From Candidatus Methanosuratincola verstraetei (GTDB lineage Archaea > Thermoproteota > Methanomethylicia > Methanomethylicales > Methanomethylicaceae), in contig CP186953.1 of assembly GCA_049570475.1 (NCBI GenBank), positions 480,001 through 544,000 on the forward strand: DNA of 64,000 bases, in the 5' to 3' direction. Numbering within the stretch: position 1 is the stretch's first letter; every line of letters starts with the position of its first letter. Made by a program: the position numbers and the translations under genes. Shown piece after piece: positions 20,118 through 29,144 of the stretch. The notes below the pieces were generated by a model that saw nothing but the letters and a program-made list of their open reading frames with translations, did no database searches and was not told where the DNA came from.

Positions 20118-20289
20118 CTGTGATTACCTTCGAATGACGGACTGATCCATAGTTGGACAGGGTAAATAAATCTGTTTTTGAAAGCATGGAAGGCTCAAAG
20201 AGAAGCCAGGAGCGGCACGGGAATAAAACGAAAATGGGGAAAATAGGGATGAAGGCGGGCCACTTCCGGCCCAAGGGCTTTGCTCCGGT

Positions 20290-20604
20290 TTATCCGAAGA
20301 GTGAGCCCAATCCTTCTGCGGTTTCTTCCTCGGAAGCTTCTTCCTTCTTCTCTTCCTTCTTCTCTTCCTTCTTTGCTTCTGCCGGGGCCTGAGCCGGCGC
20401 GGCTGCTGCTGGGGCTGCAGCAACAGGTACTGCTGCTGCTTTTATTGCCTCATCGATGTTGATCTCGCTGAGGGCTGCCACCAACGCCTTGACTCTGACC
20501 TCGTCTACTGCGACTCCTGCAGCAGAAAGCACATTCTTTACGTTTTCTTCGCTTATTGGCTGCTTCGCGTTGTGAAGAAGCATCCCGGCATAAATATATT
20601 CGAT
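20290..20604 (-). CDS. rpl12: 50S ribosomal stalk protein P1 (L12); probable ATC start
   Basis: EYIYA N-terminus, Ala/Glu hinge, GLGSLFG C-terminus. Confidence 0.95.
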   Translation of the reverse strand: MEYIYAGMLLHNAKQPISEENVKNVLSAAGVAVDEVRVKALVAALSEINIDEAIKAAAVPVAAAPAAAAPAQAPAEAKKEEKKEEKKEEASEEETAEGLGSLFG

Positions 20605-20644
20605 CTTAATCACCCCCAAACAAGCGTAGAGTTATACGAAAACG

Positions 20645-20663
20645 TTTATACTTAAATCCTTCG
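20645..20663 (-). promoter_or_regulatory. BRE/TATA internal promoter for rpl12
   Basis: CGAAGGA-TTTAAGTATAAA in the intergenic gap, ~45 nt upstream of the P1 start. Confidence 0.55.
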
Positions 20664-20730
20664 CCTGAAAAAGTGGCGGAGTTTGTAGGTTCAGATCGCT
20701 GGAGAGCATTTGTTGCAAAGCCTTTGCACC

Positions 20731-21597
20731 TCATAGGTTCAGTTCCGGATGTTTCTTTGAGACCTCGGCAGCGAGTGCTTTTCCGCGAGAGGCTGCAACT
20801 GCGATCAGATCGTTCATTATTTCAGGTATTGGAACGCCTGCCTCGATTGCGACGCTCTTGGCCTCGCTGTACGCCTTTGCCACTATGAGGCTAATCGTCT
20901 CAGCAGTCGGGTACACTGCATTGACCGACAGGTTGAACGCCGATCTCGCCGCATCTGTGATCATTGAGCGGTACTCGTCGAGGTTCACTGCAAGCATTTC
21001 TCCAGGTATGACAATCCCGTCATATGCCATGCGCAGTTTCAGACCGACCAGTATTGGCTTAAGACCTAGTTTGCTGAGGAGGTCGGCTACATCTGCTGAG
21101 ATGACCTTGCCCTTCTCCACGACCGTCGTATCCTTGGCTATCCAGACTGTGCCATCCTGTATCTTCGTCGGGATCTTTGCGGCACCGAACTTGCTCAGTA
21201 TTGGACCTGGCTGAAGGCCGGTGTTTCCAGCGGTCACTACGATATCATTGGGAGCCATCTCGCCTGGCGATGCAGCTGACTCGACCTTGTTCTTCTCGAA
21301 CATGAAGTACATCTGGAATGGGTTCTTCTTTGAGAAGACGAAAGCATTCGGGCCTGACAAGTATTTCTCTACAGCCTCAAGGTCCTTGAAGCCCATCTCC
21401 TTCAGGGCTCTGGCAACCAAAGTGTTCTTCGATACATGGATCTCAAGGTCGTCCTTGAACTTCTTCTTGAGCAGCTGGAGCTGGTTCGCTTTCATGCCCT
21501 TTAGGTCAGCTATCGCGAATACGGGGTACTTCTCAAAGAGCTGTATCAGTCGCCGTACCCTCTCCTGTTTTTGAATGTTTGCGGTTTTCATTGACAT
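20731..21597 (-). CDS. rpl10: 50S ribosomal protein L10 (P0)
   Basis: VSKNTL, GNTGLQPGP, LLSKLGLKP. Confidence 0.95.
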   Translation of the reverse strand: MSMKTANIQKQERVRRLIQLFEKYPVFAIADLKGMKANQLQLLKKKFKDDLEIHVSKNTLVARALKEMGFKDLEAVEKYLSGPNAFVFSKKNPFQMYFMFEKNKVESAASPGEMAPNDIVVTAGNTGLQPGPILSKFGAAKIPTKIQDGTVWIAKDTTVVEKGKVISADVADLLSKLGLKPILVGLKLRMAYDGIVIPGEMLAVNLDEYRSMITDAARSAFNLSVNAVYPTAETISLIVAKAYSEAKSVAIEAGVPIPEIMNDLIAVAASRGKALAAEVSKKHPELNL

Positions 21598-21602
21598 GGC
21601 CC

Positions 21603-22247
21603 TCACCTCAATTTTGCTGGAGCGCCCATTGTAGTCTTTACTGCAAGCTTAGAAAGGTGCTGATCGAGCTTTATCTTGCGGTCGACAGTGGTCAAGACGG
21701 TCATTATGTTGTCGGCTATGGCAGCAGATGGCATTTCTTCCGAACCTACCCTGCACCTGACTGCGGGCTGATCCCTTATCCTGATGCGGATCGAGTTACG
21801 GTATTTCTTTATTATTGCATCAACGTTCGCATTCGGCGGAATCGGCTCTGGCATCTTTCCCCTTGGACCCAGCACGGTACCAAAGGTCTTGCCTACTAAA
21901 GCCATCAGGTCGGTCCTAGCCATGAAGTAATCGTAGGCCTCTGCAAGCTTCTTTATCGCTTTCTTGTTTCCTGCATACTGGTCTATCTCCTGCTTGGTTA
22001 TCACCAGATCCGCACCGGCCGACCTTGCCTTGGTCACTAGGTCACCATCAGCAATGACGCAGATCTTGTTTTCCCTGCCAGGACCGTGCGGCAGCGTGAC
22101 TAGCTCATTGATCCTATTCTCGGGCGACTTCACGTCGAGGTCCTTGAAACTCAGGAATAGCTCCACGGCTTGGACGAAATTCCGCTTTTTGGAGTTCTTC
22201 TTTGCCTCCTCGACTAGATTTACCAATTGCTTCTGATCAAGTTCCAT
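21603..22247 (-). CDS. rpl1: 50S ribosomal protein L1
   Basis: KRNFVQAVEL, LGPRGKMP, KTTMG. Confidence 0.96.
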   Translation of the reverse strand: MELDQKQLVNLVEEAKKNSKKRNFVQAVELFLSFKDLDVKSPENRINELVTLPHGPGRENKICVIADGDLVTKARSAGADLVITKQEIDQYAGNKKAIKKLAEAYDYFMARTDLMALVGKTFGTVLGPRGKMPEPIPPNANVDAIIKKYRNSIRIRIRDQPAVRCRVGSEEMPSAAIADNIMTVLTTVDRKIKLDQHLSKLAVKTTMGAPAKLR

Positions 22248-22746
22248 CGGATACTCCCTCCGCGGCATTTATCAGGTCGTCGTATACTCCCTCGGAGATC
22301 TCTTTCTGGACCTCCCTTGGATCTTTACCAGCTACGGTTACGCCGATCGAGACGCACGTTCCAAGGACTTCCTTGAGGCATGATTTCAGCGACCTTGCCA
22401 CCGAGAGGGGGTACCTCGTCTTGGCTATCTTAAGAGCCTGCTCAATACTGAGGTCTCCCACCTTTTCAGTCTTTGAGTTGCTGGAGCACTTCTCCAAGTG
22501 CAACTCCTTGACTATCAAGGCAGTGGTGGTAGGGACACCGACCTCGACCTCGAACTCCTTGGTTTCCGGGTCGGCGATAACCTTCACTGGAACTTTCATG
22601 CCCTCGAACTCCTTGGTCAACTCGTTTATCTTGTTGACGACGGACATGATGTTCAGCCCAGTCGGCCCAAGTGTCGGGCCGATAGGCGGACCTCCCGTCG
22701 CCTTTCCTCCATCAACCAAGAAGTTGAAGGTTTTTTTGGTTGTCAA
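22237..22746 (-). CDS. rpl11: 50S ribosomal protein L11
   Basis: GGKATGGPPIGPTLGP motif. Confidence 0.96.
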   Translation of the reverse strand: MTTKKTFNFLVDGGKATGGPPIGPTLGPTGLNIMSVVNKINELTKEFEGMKVPVKVIADPETKEFEVEVGVPTTTALIVKELHLEKCSSNSKTEKVGDLSIEQALKIAKTRYPLSVARSLKSCLKEVLGTCVSIGVTVAGKDPREVQKEISEGVYDDLINAAEGVSDGT

Positions 22747-22748
22747 GT

Positions 22749-23303
22749 TTATTCTTCCTCCAGTTCCTCGAAGGCTTTAAAGATGTCAGTCTTCTCCTCT
22801 CCCTTTGCGGCCTCGGCTTTCTCCTGAACCTTCGGTGGCTCACCGCGAGCGACTAGCTTCACCTGCTCAGCGTGCACGGTGATGGGCAGCGTATAGGGCG
22901 CCTCGAGCAATTCCAGGGTGACTTCGCTCTTAGTCTTGTCGACGCGAGTTACCTTTGCCTGCATCCCCTTGAACGGGCCGCCCACGATCTCGACCCTGTC
23001 GTTGACATCGACCATCTCAGCAGCCGGCTTAGGCATTATGAAGCGCAGCAAATCATCGAACTCGACCTTTCCGGGGATGCACCCCTTTATGTGCTTCACA
23101 TCCTCGATCGCAATGTTGACGACATTGGGCCCGCTCGCCTCGATGAAGACGTAGCCGCGCACGTCCTGGGGGGACACGACCGCCTTTATTGGGATGTTCT
23201 TCGACTTTGCGCGGCGTTCTATTAGCAGAGCAACGTTCTCCTCCTGACCTGCGGTTGTCCTTATGGCAAAGATTCTAGTCGACGCCGGCTGCCTCTCAGA
23301 CAA
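22749..23303 (-). CDS. spt5: Transcription elongation factor Spt5 (NusG)
   Basis: RTTAGQE NGN domain, KOW VEIVGGPFKG. Confidence 0.96.
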   Translation of the reverse strand: MSERQPASTRIFAIRTTAGQEENVALLIERRAKSKNIPIKAVVSPQDVRGYVFIEASGPNVVNIAIEDVKHIKGCIPGKVEFDDLLRFIMPKPAAEMVDVNDRVEIVGGPFKGMQAKVTRVDKTKSEVTLELLEAPYTLPITVHAEQVKLVARGEPPKVQEKAEAAKGEEKTDIFKAFEELEEE

Positions 23304-23309
23304 GCTAAG

Positions 23310-23486
23310 TTACCCCCTAATCCCAAGCAGCAGCGAGGCAATGAGCTGGATGATGAAGCCAAAGATCCCGACAGCGATCATCCCCAAGAAGCAGATCTTC
23401 AAAGATAGCTTAAGCTCGTCCATGTCCGGCTTCCTCGAGAGCTTCAGGACCTTGCCAATCGACCGCAAAGACTCGGATAGACCCAT
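23310..23486 (-). CDS. secE: Protein translocase SecE/Sec61-gamma, missed by ORF track
   Basis: 58 aa: VLKLSRKPDMDEL plus TM segment LGMIAVGIFGFII; upstream of spt5. Confidence 0.93.
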   Translation of the reverse strand: MGLSESLRSIGKVLKLSRKPDMDELKLSLKICFLGMIAVGIFGFIIQLIASLLLGIRG

Positions 23487-23563
23487 CTCTACTCACCCAA
23501 TTATCCATGTGAGCAAAGGGCTATCAACTCAAGGCTCAATTTAAAGCTTTCCAAATTCGAAGC

Positions 23564-24364
23564 TCATACCTTGATCAGATCTGCGCCCAGGGATGGGGCG
23601 GAGGACCTCAGGCAGTCCTTTGCCTCCGAGGGCGTGCCCTTCCAGTCAACCAGCAGATATTTGCATTCCCCCAGAGTCCTCTCCTTGCATATTCTGAATA
23701 TGTTGGGGTCGAAGCCCTCGCACAGCACATACTTGGGCACGATGTGCCCAATATCAAAATCGCCATCAAGGATCAGCTTGGTGAACTTCTCGGAGTAGTG
23801 CCCCCCACCGACCCCAACCGCAACTTTGCCCCTCTGTTGATTGTTCAGCGAACGGTGGACTGCCGAGGCGACAATCTCTCCCAATGTGGCATCCCTCCAG
23901 GAATCCTCGTCGCTCCCGATCTCCACGAATGTGACCGGGAAATCCAGATCTGAGGGGCCATGGTGGGTGGCCTCAACGGTCACCTGCAATTCCACCCCAC
24001 GGCTATCGCACTCCTTGCGCATCGATCTGATCAGGGATGACTGGAGCCACGGGTTGGATATGCAGACGGCGCTTGGACGCCCCCCGTATTCGGCAGTGGT
24101 GCCTGGGTTGCCCGGCGTGTGTGCAGTGAGGCAGGGTTTGCCTGAAGAGCTCTTGTGCCTGGAAAGGCACAATGCCCACTCGACGCCATCGAGCCTGAGG
24201 TCGAGGTCTATGAGGCTGGAATCGAACTCAACCAGGAAGAGATCACCGTGAGCCCGAGCAAGCATCCCCCCGACCTCCGAGGTCGAGAATGGCAGGATCG
24301 CCTCGAGGTGCCTCGCTATGTTGACTCCGGCTGGGTCAGCGGCGGAGTAGATCAGCAGTTTCAA
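23564..24364 (-). CDS. dtdA: D-aminoacyl-tRNA deacylase (DTD2)
   Basis: SRHKS, LTAHTPGN, EATHHGP, FVEIGS, GGGHY. Confidence 0.93.
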   Translation of the reverse strand: MKLLIYSAADPAGVNIARHLEAILPFSTSEVGGMLARAHGDLFLVEFDSSLIDLDLRLDGVEWALCLSRHKSSSGKPCLTAHTPGNPGTTAEYGGRPSAVCISNPWLQSSLIRSMRKECDSRGVELQVTVEATHHGPSDLDFPVTFVEIGSDEDSWRDATLGEIVASAVHRSLNNQQRGKVAVGVGGGHYSEKFTKLILDGDFDIGHIVPKYVLCEGFDPNIFRICKERTLGECKYLLVDWKGTPSEAKDCLRSSAPSLGADLIKV

Positions 24365-24380
24365 GCCCTACACCAGCAGC

Positions 24381-25310
24381 TCACAGGATGAGGGACATTA
24401 TGCTCTTCTGGACATGGAGCCGGTTTTCAGCCTGTTCCCAAACCACAGATCTTGGGCCGTCGATGACATCAGCGGTAATCTCTTCGCCCCTGTGGGCTGG
24501 CAGGCAATGCATCACTATCGAGTCTGGGGCTGAGATGGCAAGGAGGTCTTTGTTCACCTGGTAAGGGCGGAGCTCGCGCAACCTATTCTCGGCGTCGGAC
24601 TCGGTCCCCATAGACACCCAAACATCAGTGTATATGACATCGGCATCCCTGACCGCCTCGGCTGGATCCTCTGTGATTTGGAGGGAGGCGCCTCTTTTTG
24701 CAAGCTTTCGGAGATCTGAAATCAGCCCCTCGCTTGGCGAGTATCTCTTTGGCGATGCGATCACCATGGTTCCGCCCAACTGGAGGACGGCCTCGGCGAG
24801 CGACTGCGATACATTGCAAGCCCCATCCCCAACAAAAGCAATTTTCAGACCTTCCAGCCCCCCCTTCTTCTCGATTATCGTGAAGCAGTCGCTGAGCGCC
24901 TGGCACGGGTGGAATTCGTCGCTGAGGGCATTTATGACTGGGACAGGTGCAGAGGCTGCGAGGGCCTCAAGATCAGCATGCCTATAGACCCGTGCAACGA
25001 CTCCGTCAACGTAGCACCCGAATATCTTTCCGGTATCATGAATGGTCTCGCCCCTCCCGAGCTGGAGATCGCCCCAGTTTAGGTAGATTGGGTGCCCCCC
25101 CAGCTGGCTGATCCCCACGTCAAATGAAAGCCGTGTCCTTGTCGAGGGCTTCTGGAAGAGCATTGCAACGCTCTTCCCAGCAAGATATTTTTCTGAGGGG
25201 ACACGCTTCTTGAGGGCGAGCTTCATCTGCGAGGCCCTTTCTAGAAACAGCTCGAGCTCCTCGGTGGAGAAGTCCCCTGTTCTGAGAAAGTCTCGGCCCT
25301 TTAGTTCCAT
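24381..25310 (-). CDS. argF: Ornithine carbamoyltransferase
   Basis: STRTR, HPCQ, SMG, HCLP motifs. Confidence 0.96.
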   Translation of the reverse strand: MELKGRDFLRTGDFSTEELELFLERASQMKLALKKRVPSEKYLAGKSVAMLFQKPSTRTRLSFDVGISQLGGHPIYLNWGDLQLGRGETIHDTGKIFGCYVDGVVARVYRHADLEALAASAPVPVINALSDEFHPCQALSDCFTIIEKKGGLEGLKIAFVGDGACNVSQSLAEAVLQLGGTMVIASPKRYSPSEGLISDLRKLAKRGASLQITEDPAEAVRDADVIYTDVWVSMGTESDAENRLRELRPYQVNKDLLAISAPDSIVMHCLPAHRGEEITADVIDGPRSVVWEQAENRLHVQKSIMSLIL

Positions 25311-25390
25311 GGAAATTACACACCAGGGAGGTTCTTTAATTGTTTAGCCTATCCTAAAAACATTTTTCAATTGGTGGATTATCTTATGGA

Positions 25391-26296
25391 TTAGTCCGAG
25401 GCCCTTTGTTGTTTTGCCAAGATGTTGTCGATTACCCAGTCTGGGTTGAATGGCACTATGTCGTCGTAGCCCTGACCCACGCCGAGGAAGAATATTGGTT
25501 TCCTGAGGGCGCTCGAGATCGAGATGGCTGAGCCTCCCTTCGCATCTGCATCGACCTTGGTGAGGATCACGCCGTCTATCCTGACGTACTTATTGAACTC
25601 TGTTGCCTGCTGGAGGGCATCGTTCCCGGCGAGGGAGTCGCCTACGAAGACGGTGAGGTCAGGGGAGGCGACCCGGTGTATCTTCATGAGTTCGTCCATA
25701 AGGTCCTTGTCCGTCTGCATCCTTCCGGCAGTATCTATCAGGACCACGTCGATGCCGTTGTTCTTGGCGTGGAGTACAGCGTCGTAGGCCACAGCTGCGG
25801 GATCTGCGCCATATTTGTGCTTTATCACCTTTAGGCCCAGCCGCCCAGCATGGGTCTCAATCTGCTCTTCAGACCCCGCCCTGTAGGTGTCACTGCAAGC
25901 AAAAACCACGCTCATCCCCTTGTCCTTGAGCTGCTTGGCAACCTTTGCAATCGTGGTTGTCTTGCCAGTTCCGTTGACCCCCACGAACATTATCACGAAT
26001 GGCCTCTTGGATCCTACGAGACTGAAGAGGTCAGAATACGCAAGTGTCTCCTTCAGTATCGCCCTAAGCTCTGATTCGACAATGGGGCGGAGATCTTCAA
26101 AGAGCCCAACTTTTGAGCCCACCAGCCTCTCCTTGATCCTGTTTGAGATCTCCTCGGCCACGGGGAGAGCCACGTCGCACTCTACCAAGGACATCTGGAA
26201 ATCCCATAGCAGGGAATCCAAATCAGCCTCTGATATTTTCTTCGGAGATATCTGGTCGACGAGGCTCCCGATGGCCTTCTTCAGCCTGTCGAACAA
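25391..26296 (-). CDS. ftsY: SRP receptor FtsY
   Basis: GVNGTGKTTT, DTAGR, TKVD, GVGQGYDD. Confidence 0.96.
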   Translation of the reverse strand: MFDRLKKAIGSLVDQISPKKISEADLDSLLWDFQMSLVECDVALPVAEEISNRIKERLVGSKVGLFEDLRPIVESELRAILKETLAYSDLFSLVGSKRPFVIMFVGVNGTGKTTTIAKVAKQLKDKGMSVVFACSDTYRAGSEEQIETHAGRLGLKVIKHKYGADPAAVAYDAVLHAKNNGIDVVLIDTAGRMQTDKDLMDELMKIHRVASPDLTVFVGDSLAGNDALQQATEFNKYVRIDGVILTKVDADAKGGSAISISSALRKPIFFLGVGQGYDDIVPFNPDWVIDNILAKQQRASD

Positions 26297-26299
26297 GTC

Positions 26300-26746
26300 T
26301 CACGCCTGCCCGGTGGCCTCGAGCTTTGCGTATATGCTGTCAACTTGCTCCTGGACTTGGACGAGCCTCTGCGAAACTTTGGCATACTCTTCCTGCAGCT
26401 TGACTGACTGCTCCTGCGCCTGCTTTATCCGGGTTTCCATTTCGGCGATTGCATCGGCAATGCCCTTCTCGACAGAGAAGCCCGCACCTACTCCGACGAT
26501 TACGCTCTGTACGGAATTGAGCTGAACGCGGATGTGGTTGCCTGCCCCAACATGGACTAGAACTTCGCCATTCCCGCCCCTGGCATTTATCTCCTCCAGC
26601 GAGGACTTTGAGAGGACAAGCTCGGCGAGGATATTGGTCGTGAGCTCGATCTGCTGGCGTATAGCATCAGCGTAAGCCTTGAGGTTCGAGAACTCTAGGA
26701 GGAGCTCGTCCAGTACTTCCTTTTGCGAGGGCTGGGGGGAGGTCAT
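26300..26746 (-). CDS. pfdA: Prefoldin alpha subunit
   Basis: Coiled coils flanking LVHVGAG and VGVGAGFSVEK. Confidence 0.93.
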   Translation of the reverse strand: MTSPQPSQKEVLDELLLEFSNLKAYADAIRQQIELTTNILAELVLSKSSLEEINARGGNGEVLVHVGAGNHIRVQLNSVQSVIVGVGAGFSVEKGIADAIAEMETRIKQAQEQSVKLQEEYAKVSQRLVQVQEQVDSIYAKLEATGQA

Positions 26747-26937
26747 TCCGCATTCACCGGCTCCTCTTGTACCGACTCGATTTTTATCTGGAAGCGCCTT
26801 AACTTATGATTCCCGCCCAACGTGCTCAGCGCCTTTTCCTTCGCGCGTGCTTCGTTAGGAGCCGAAACAGACTTCTCGAAACCAACCCATCCGAAGAGTT
26901 GCCTCATCTTTCCCTTGACCACATAGCTCTTTTCCAT
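26743..26937 (-). CDS. rpl18a: 50S ribosomal protein L18Ae/LX
   Basis: LGGNHKLRRFQIKI motif and synteny. Confidence 0.9.
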   Translation of the reverse strand: MEKSYVVKGKMRQLFGWVGFEKSVSAPNEARAKEKALSTLGGNHKLRRFQIKIESVQEEPVNAE

Positions 26938-26943
26938 ATATCA

Positions 26944-27615
26944 TCACCCTGTAAGTCCCAAGGAGGATTCAATCCTTGCCATCTCAGGCCCGGTCGTTTC
27001 CTGACCTACAACTGCACCGTACGAATTGGCGGTTATGCCCACCCTCAAGTACGGGGAACCGCAGTTAACGGTAGAAACGTCCACTGGTATATTAAATATT
27101 TTGCTCAGGTTGTTTAGCTCGGCTTCGCTGGTTAGTGGGTGGGAGACTATACCCTTCCTGTTAGCCACAGCGCAGACGCCTGGCATGTTTATCCCGGCTA
27201 TGCTGCCTTCGTATACCTCGACGCCAAGATGAGACTTGATTAGTTCCACCAGTCTCCTGTCGGCACCGCGCCCGACCATGGCTGCCCTCTCGCCCAAGAG
27301 GACCATGTTCCCGAGGGCGTTGACCTTCCCCTCATAAACTGCAACAGGTACAGACGCCATCTGCTCGATCTGCTTGACTTCGGTCTCTGTCGCAGTGCCC
27401 GGTAGTATGATCCCTCTAGAGTTCCCAATTGTGAATATCCCCAGAAGTACGCTTCCGGATACAGTTGTTCGGTATGCCGGGACGCCCAAGGTCTCAGAAA
27501 ACTCTTTGAGCGTGCCTTCAGGCATATCCGGGGGCACTAACAAGAATGAGTCTGTGCAGAAAGTGAATGCGCCTATGTTAGGGTTCCCGTAGAGGGAGAG
27601 CCGAGAGATCGACAA
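26944..27615 (-). CDS. eif6: Translation initiation factor 6
   Basis: GNPNIG, STVNCG, ETTGPEMARIE. Confidence 0.95.
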   Translation of the reverse strand: MSISRLSLYGNPNIGAFTFCTDSFLLVPPDMPEGTLKEFSETLGVPAYRTTVSGSVLLGIFTIGNSRGIILPGTATETEVKQIEQMASVPVAVYEGKVNALGNMVLLGERAAMVGRGADRRLVELIKSHLGVEVYEGSIAGINMPGVCAVANRKGIVSHPLTSEAELNNLSKIFNIPVDVSTVNCGSPYLRVGITANSYGAVVGQETTGPEMARIESSLGLTG

Positions 27616-27620
27616 GGGAG

Positions 27621-28007
27621 CTAGGCCTCCGCCATTAGCACCCTAACGACTCCACTCTCGAGCTTCTGAACCCGCAGAGAGACTTTCCTTTCAGTCTTTG
27701 TCTTCCCCCTGCGCCACAGGGTCTCGTTCACCGAGGATGAAAGCCTTACCTCATCCTCCGCAGTCTTGAACGCCCTTGAGGCGGTTTTCTTCACGAGCCG
27801 GACGGCTTTCGGCGTAGCCTTCCTGCCATAGGAGAGATATGCATGCCGCAGGTTGACCCTGATCAGCTTCTCCTCAACGACCTTCTCCTCATCAACCGCC
27901 TCAGGAGCCTTCTCCTCCTTCTGCTCCTTTGGTGGCTCCGCCGCCTTTGTGGGAGGCGCAGGAGGGTTAGCTCCGGCAACATTCCGTTCCTTTTCTGGGT
28001 CACTCAT
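27621..28007 (-). CDS. rpl31e: 50S ribosomal protein L31e with N-terminal low-complexity extension
   Basis: VNLR...KAVRLVK...VNETLWRRG; synteny. Confidence 0.88.
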   Translation of the reverse strand: MSDPEKERNVAGANPPAPPTKAAEPPKEQKEEKAPEAVDEEKVVEEKLIRVNLRHAYLSYGRKATPKAVRLVKKTASRAFKTAEDEVRLSSSVNETLWRRGKTKTERKVSLRVQKLESGVVRVLMAEA

Positions 28008-28026
28008 GATTGATCACCAAATGAAC

Positions 28027-28182
28027 TTAGATGTCAAGCTTCTGGCTTCTCCAATCCCTCATCTTTGGGTGCCTCCTGAACTTCCCTCGTGTCTTGGCGA
28101 CCACCCACAGGGGGACTGGGCTGTTCTGCTTTCCTGCCTTGTTAAGGCGTTTCTTTGTGCTCGTCTGTTTTCTGCTTCCCAT
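28027..28182 (-). CDS. rpl39e: 50S ribosomal protein L39e, missed by ORF track
   Basis: 51 aa with KQNSPVPLWVVAKT...HPKMRDWR. Confidence 0.95.
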   Translation of the reverse strand: MGSRKQTSTKKRLNKAGKQNSPVPLWVVAKTRGKFRRHPKMRDWRSQKLDI

Positions 28183-28191
28183 ATCAATCCC

Positions 28192-28527
28192 TCAAATTCT
28201 TGTTATCCTAATTTCTCTCTTTCTTGATTGCACCTGGGACAGGATCTGCTTTAGGTGTTCGTCTGTTAGCGGGATCGGGAGGCGCCCTTCGTTCGCAAGC
28301 TGGATCAGCTGTATCTCGAACTGCTCAGCGAATTCGGGCTTGACCATCTTCAGGTTGTTCAGCCGGCTCCTTGCCTCAGGCGTCAGTATTGCCCTGAGTA
28401 TATTCGCCTTCTGGGCCTCGGCCTCCTGCCGCATCCGCTCCGCCTGCTCCTCCTCGACTGCCCGCCGCCTCATCTCGGCGAGCTTCCTCTGTTTTATCAG
28501 GTCGATTTCGTCGGGAGAGCCAGACAT
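28192..28527 (-). CDS. PDCD5-like dsDNA-binding protein
   Basis: ILTPEARSRLNNLKMVKPE motif. Confidence 0.93.
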   Translation of the reverse strand: MSGSPDEIDLIKQRKLAEMRRRAVEEEQAERMRQEAEAQKANILRAILTPEARSRLNNLKMVKPEFAEQFEIQLIQLANEGRLPIPLTDEHLKQILSQVQSRKREIRITRI

Positions 28528-28538
28528 GATGAACAACC

Positions 28539-29012
28539 TCACTGAGGCTTTACAGGCAGATATTTACCCATCTCAGGCATATCTTTCTGGATTTCCTTCA
28601 ACAGCTTGTATGCTACTCGGTCGAGCAATGATCTTCCGCTATCAGTCAATGCGCGAGCCCCGCCCGGGAGCCTAGTCACCAGTCCAGCCTTTTCGAGCTG
28701 CTGCAAGGCCTTCCTCAAGGACGATCCCCCGGACTTGACGAAGTGCTCGTTGGCCATCCCGTTCTTTGCCCTTCCGCCATAAAGGCTTCTAAGACGCTCA
28801 ACGCCCACTGGGCTCTCAATATAGAGCCTCCTAAGCAGGGAGGCGCAACGCACGTACCAGAAATCATTCTGGGAAGGTACGCGCTCGACATGCGGCCCGG
28901 TCTTCACAAATGCAGCCCATGGTGGCGGGGCAACCTCTTTTACATTAGCCTTGATGTAATCAGCCACCGCGAATATGAGCCGATCAGCTGGAACTTCTTG
29001 AGCCAATGGCAA
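28539..29012 (-). CDS. rps19e: 30S ribosomal protein S19e
   Basis: PPPWAAFVKTG, WYVRCASLLR, LQQLEKAG. Confidence 0.96.
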   Translation of the reverse strand: MPLAQEVPADRLIFAVADYIKANVKEVAPPPWAAFVKTGPHVERVPSQNDFWYVRCASLLRRLYIESPVGVERLRSLYGGRAKNGMANEHFVKSGGSSLRKALQQLEKAGLVTRLPGGARALTDSGRSLLDRVAYKLLKEIQKDMPEMGKYLPVKPQ

Positions 29013-29144
29013 TCGAATTCCTCTCCTTTTTGATTCCTCTGAAGTTAATTTGAATCGCTATATAAATCTTTTACACCGACCTTGCAATGGATTACAGCGG
29101 CGCACTATGGAAAATTGCCTATTGCCTGGAGATGTATAAAAAAA

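Noticed and set aside
20136-20145. 10-nt complementarity between the C/D sRNA and the alaS leader
   Set aside because: Includes box D itself, and a match of this length is expected by chance in 64 kb.
20340-20440. Short tandem repeats in rpl12
   Set aside because: Encode the normal Ala-rich hinge and EEKK acidic tail of P1.
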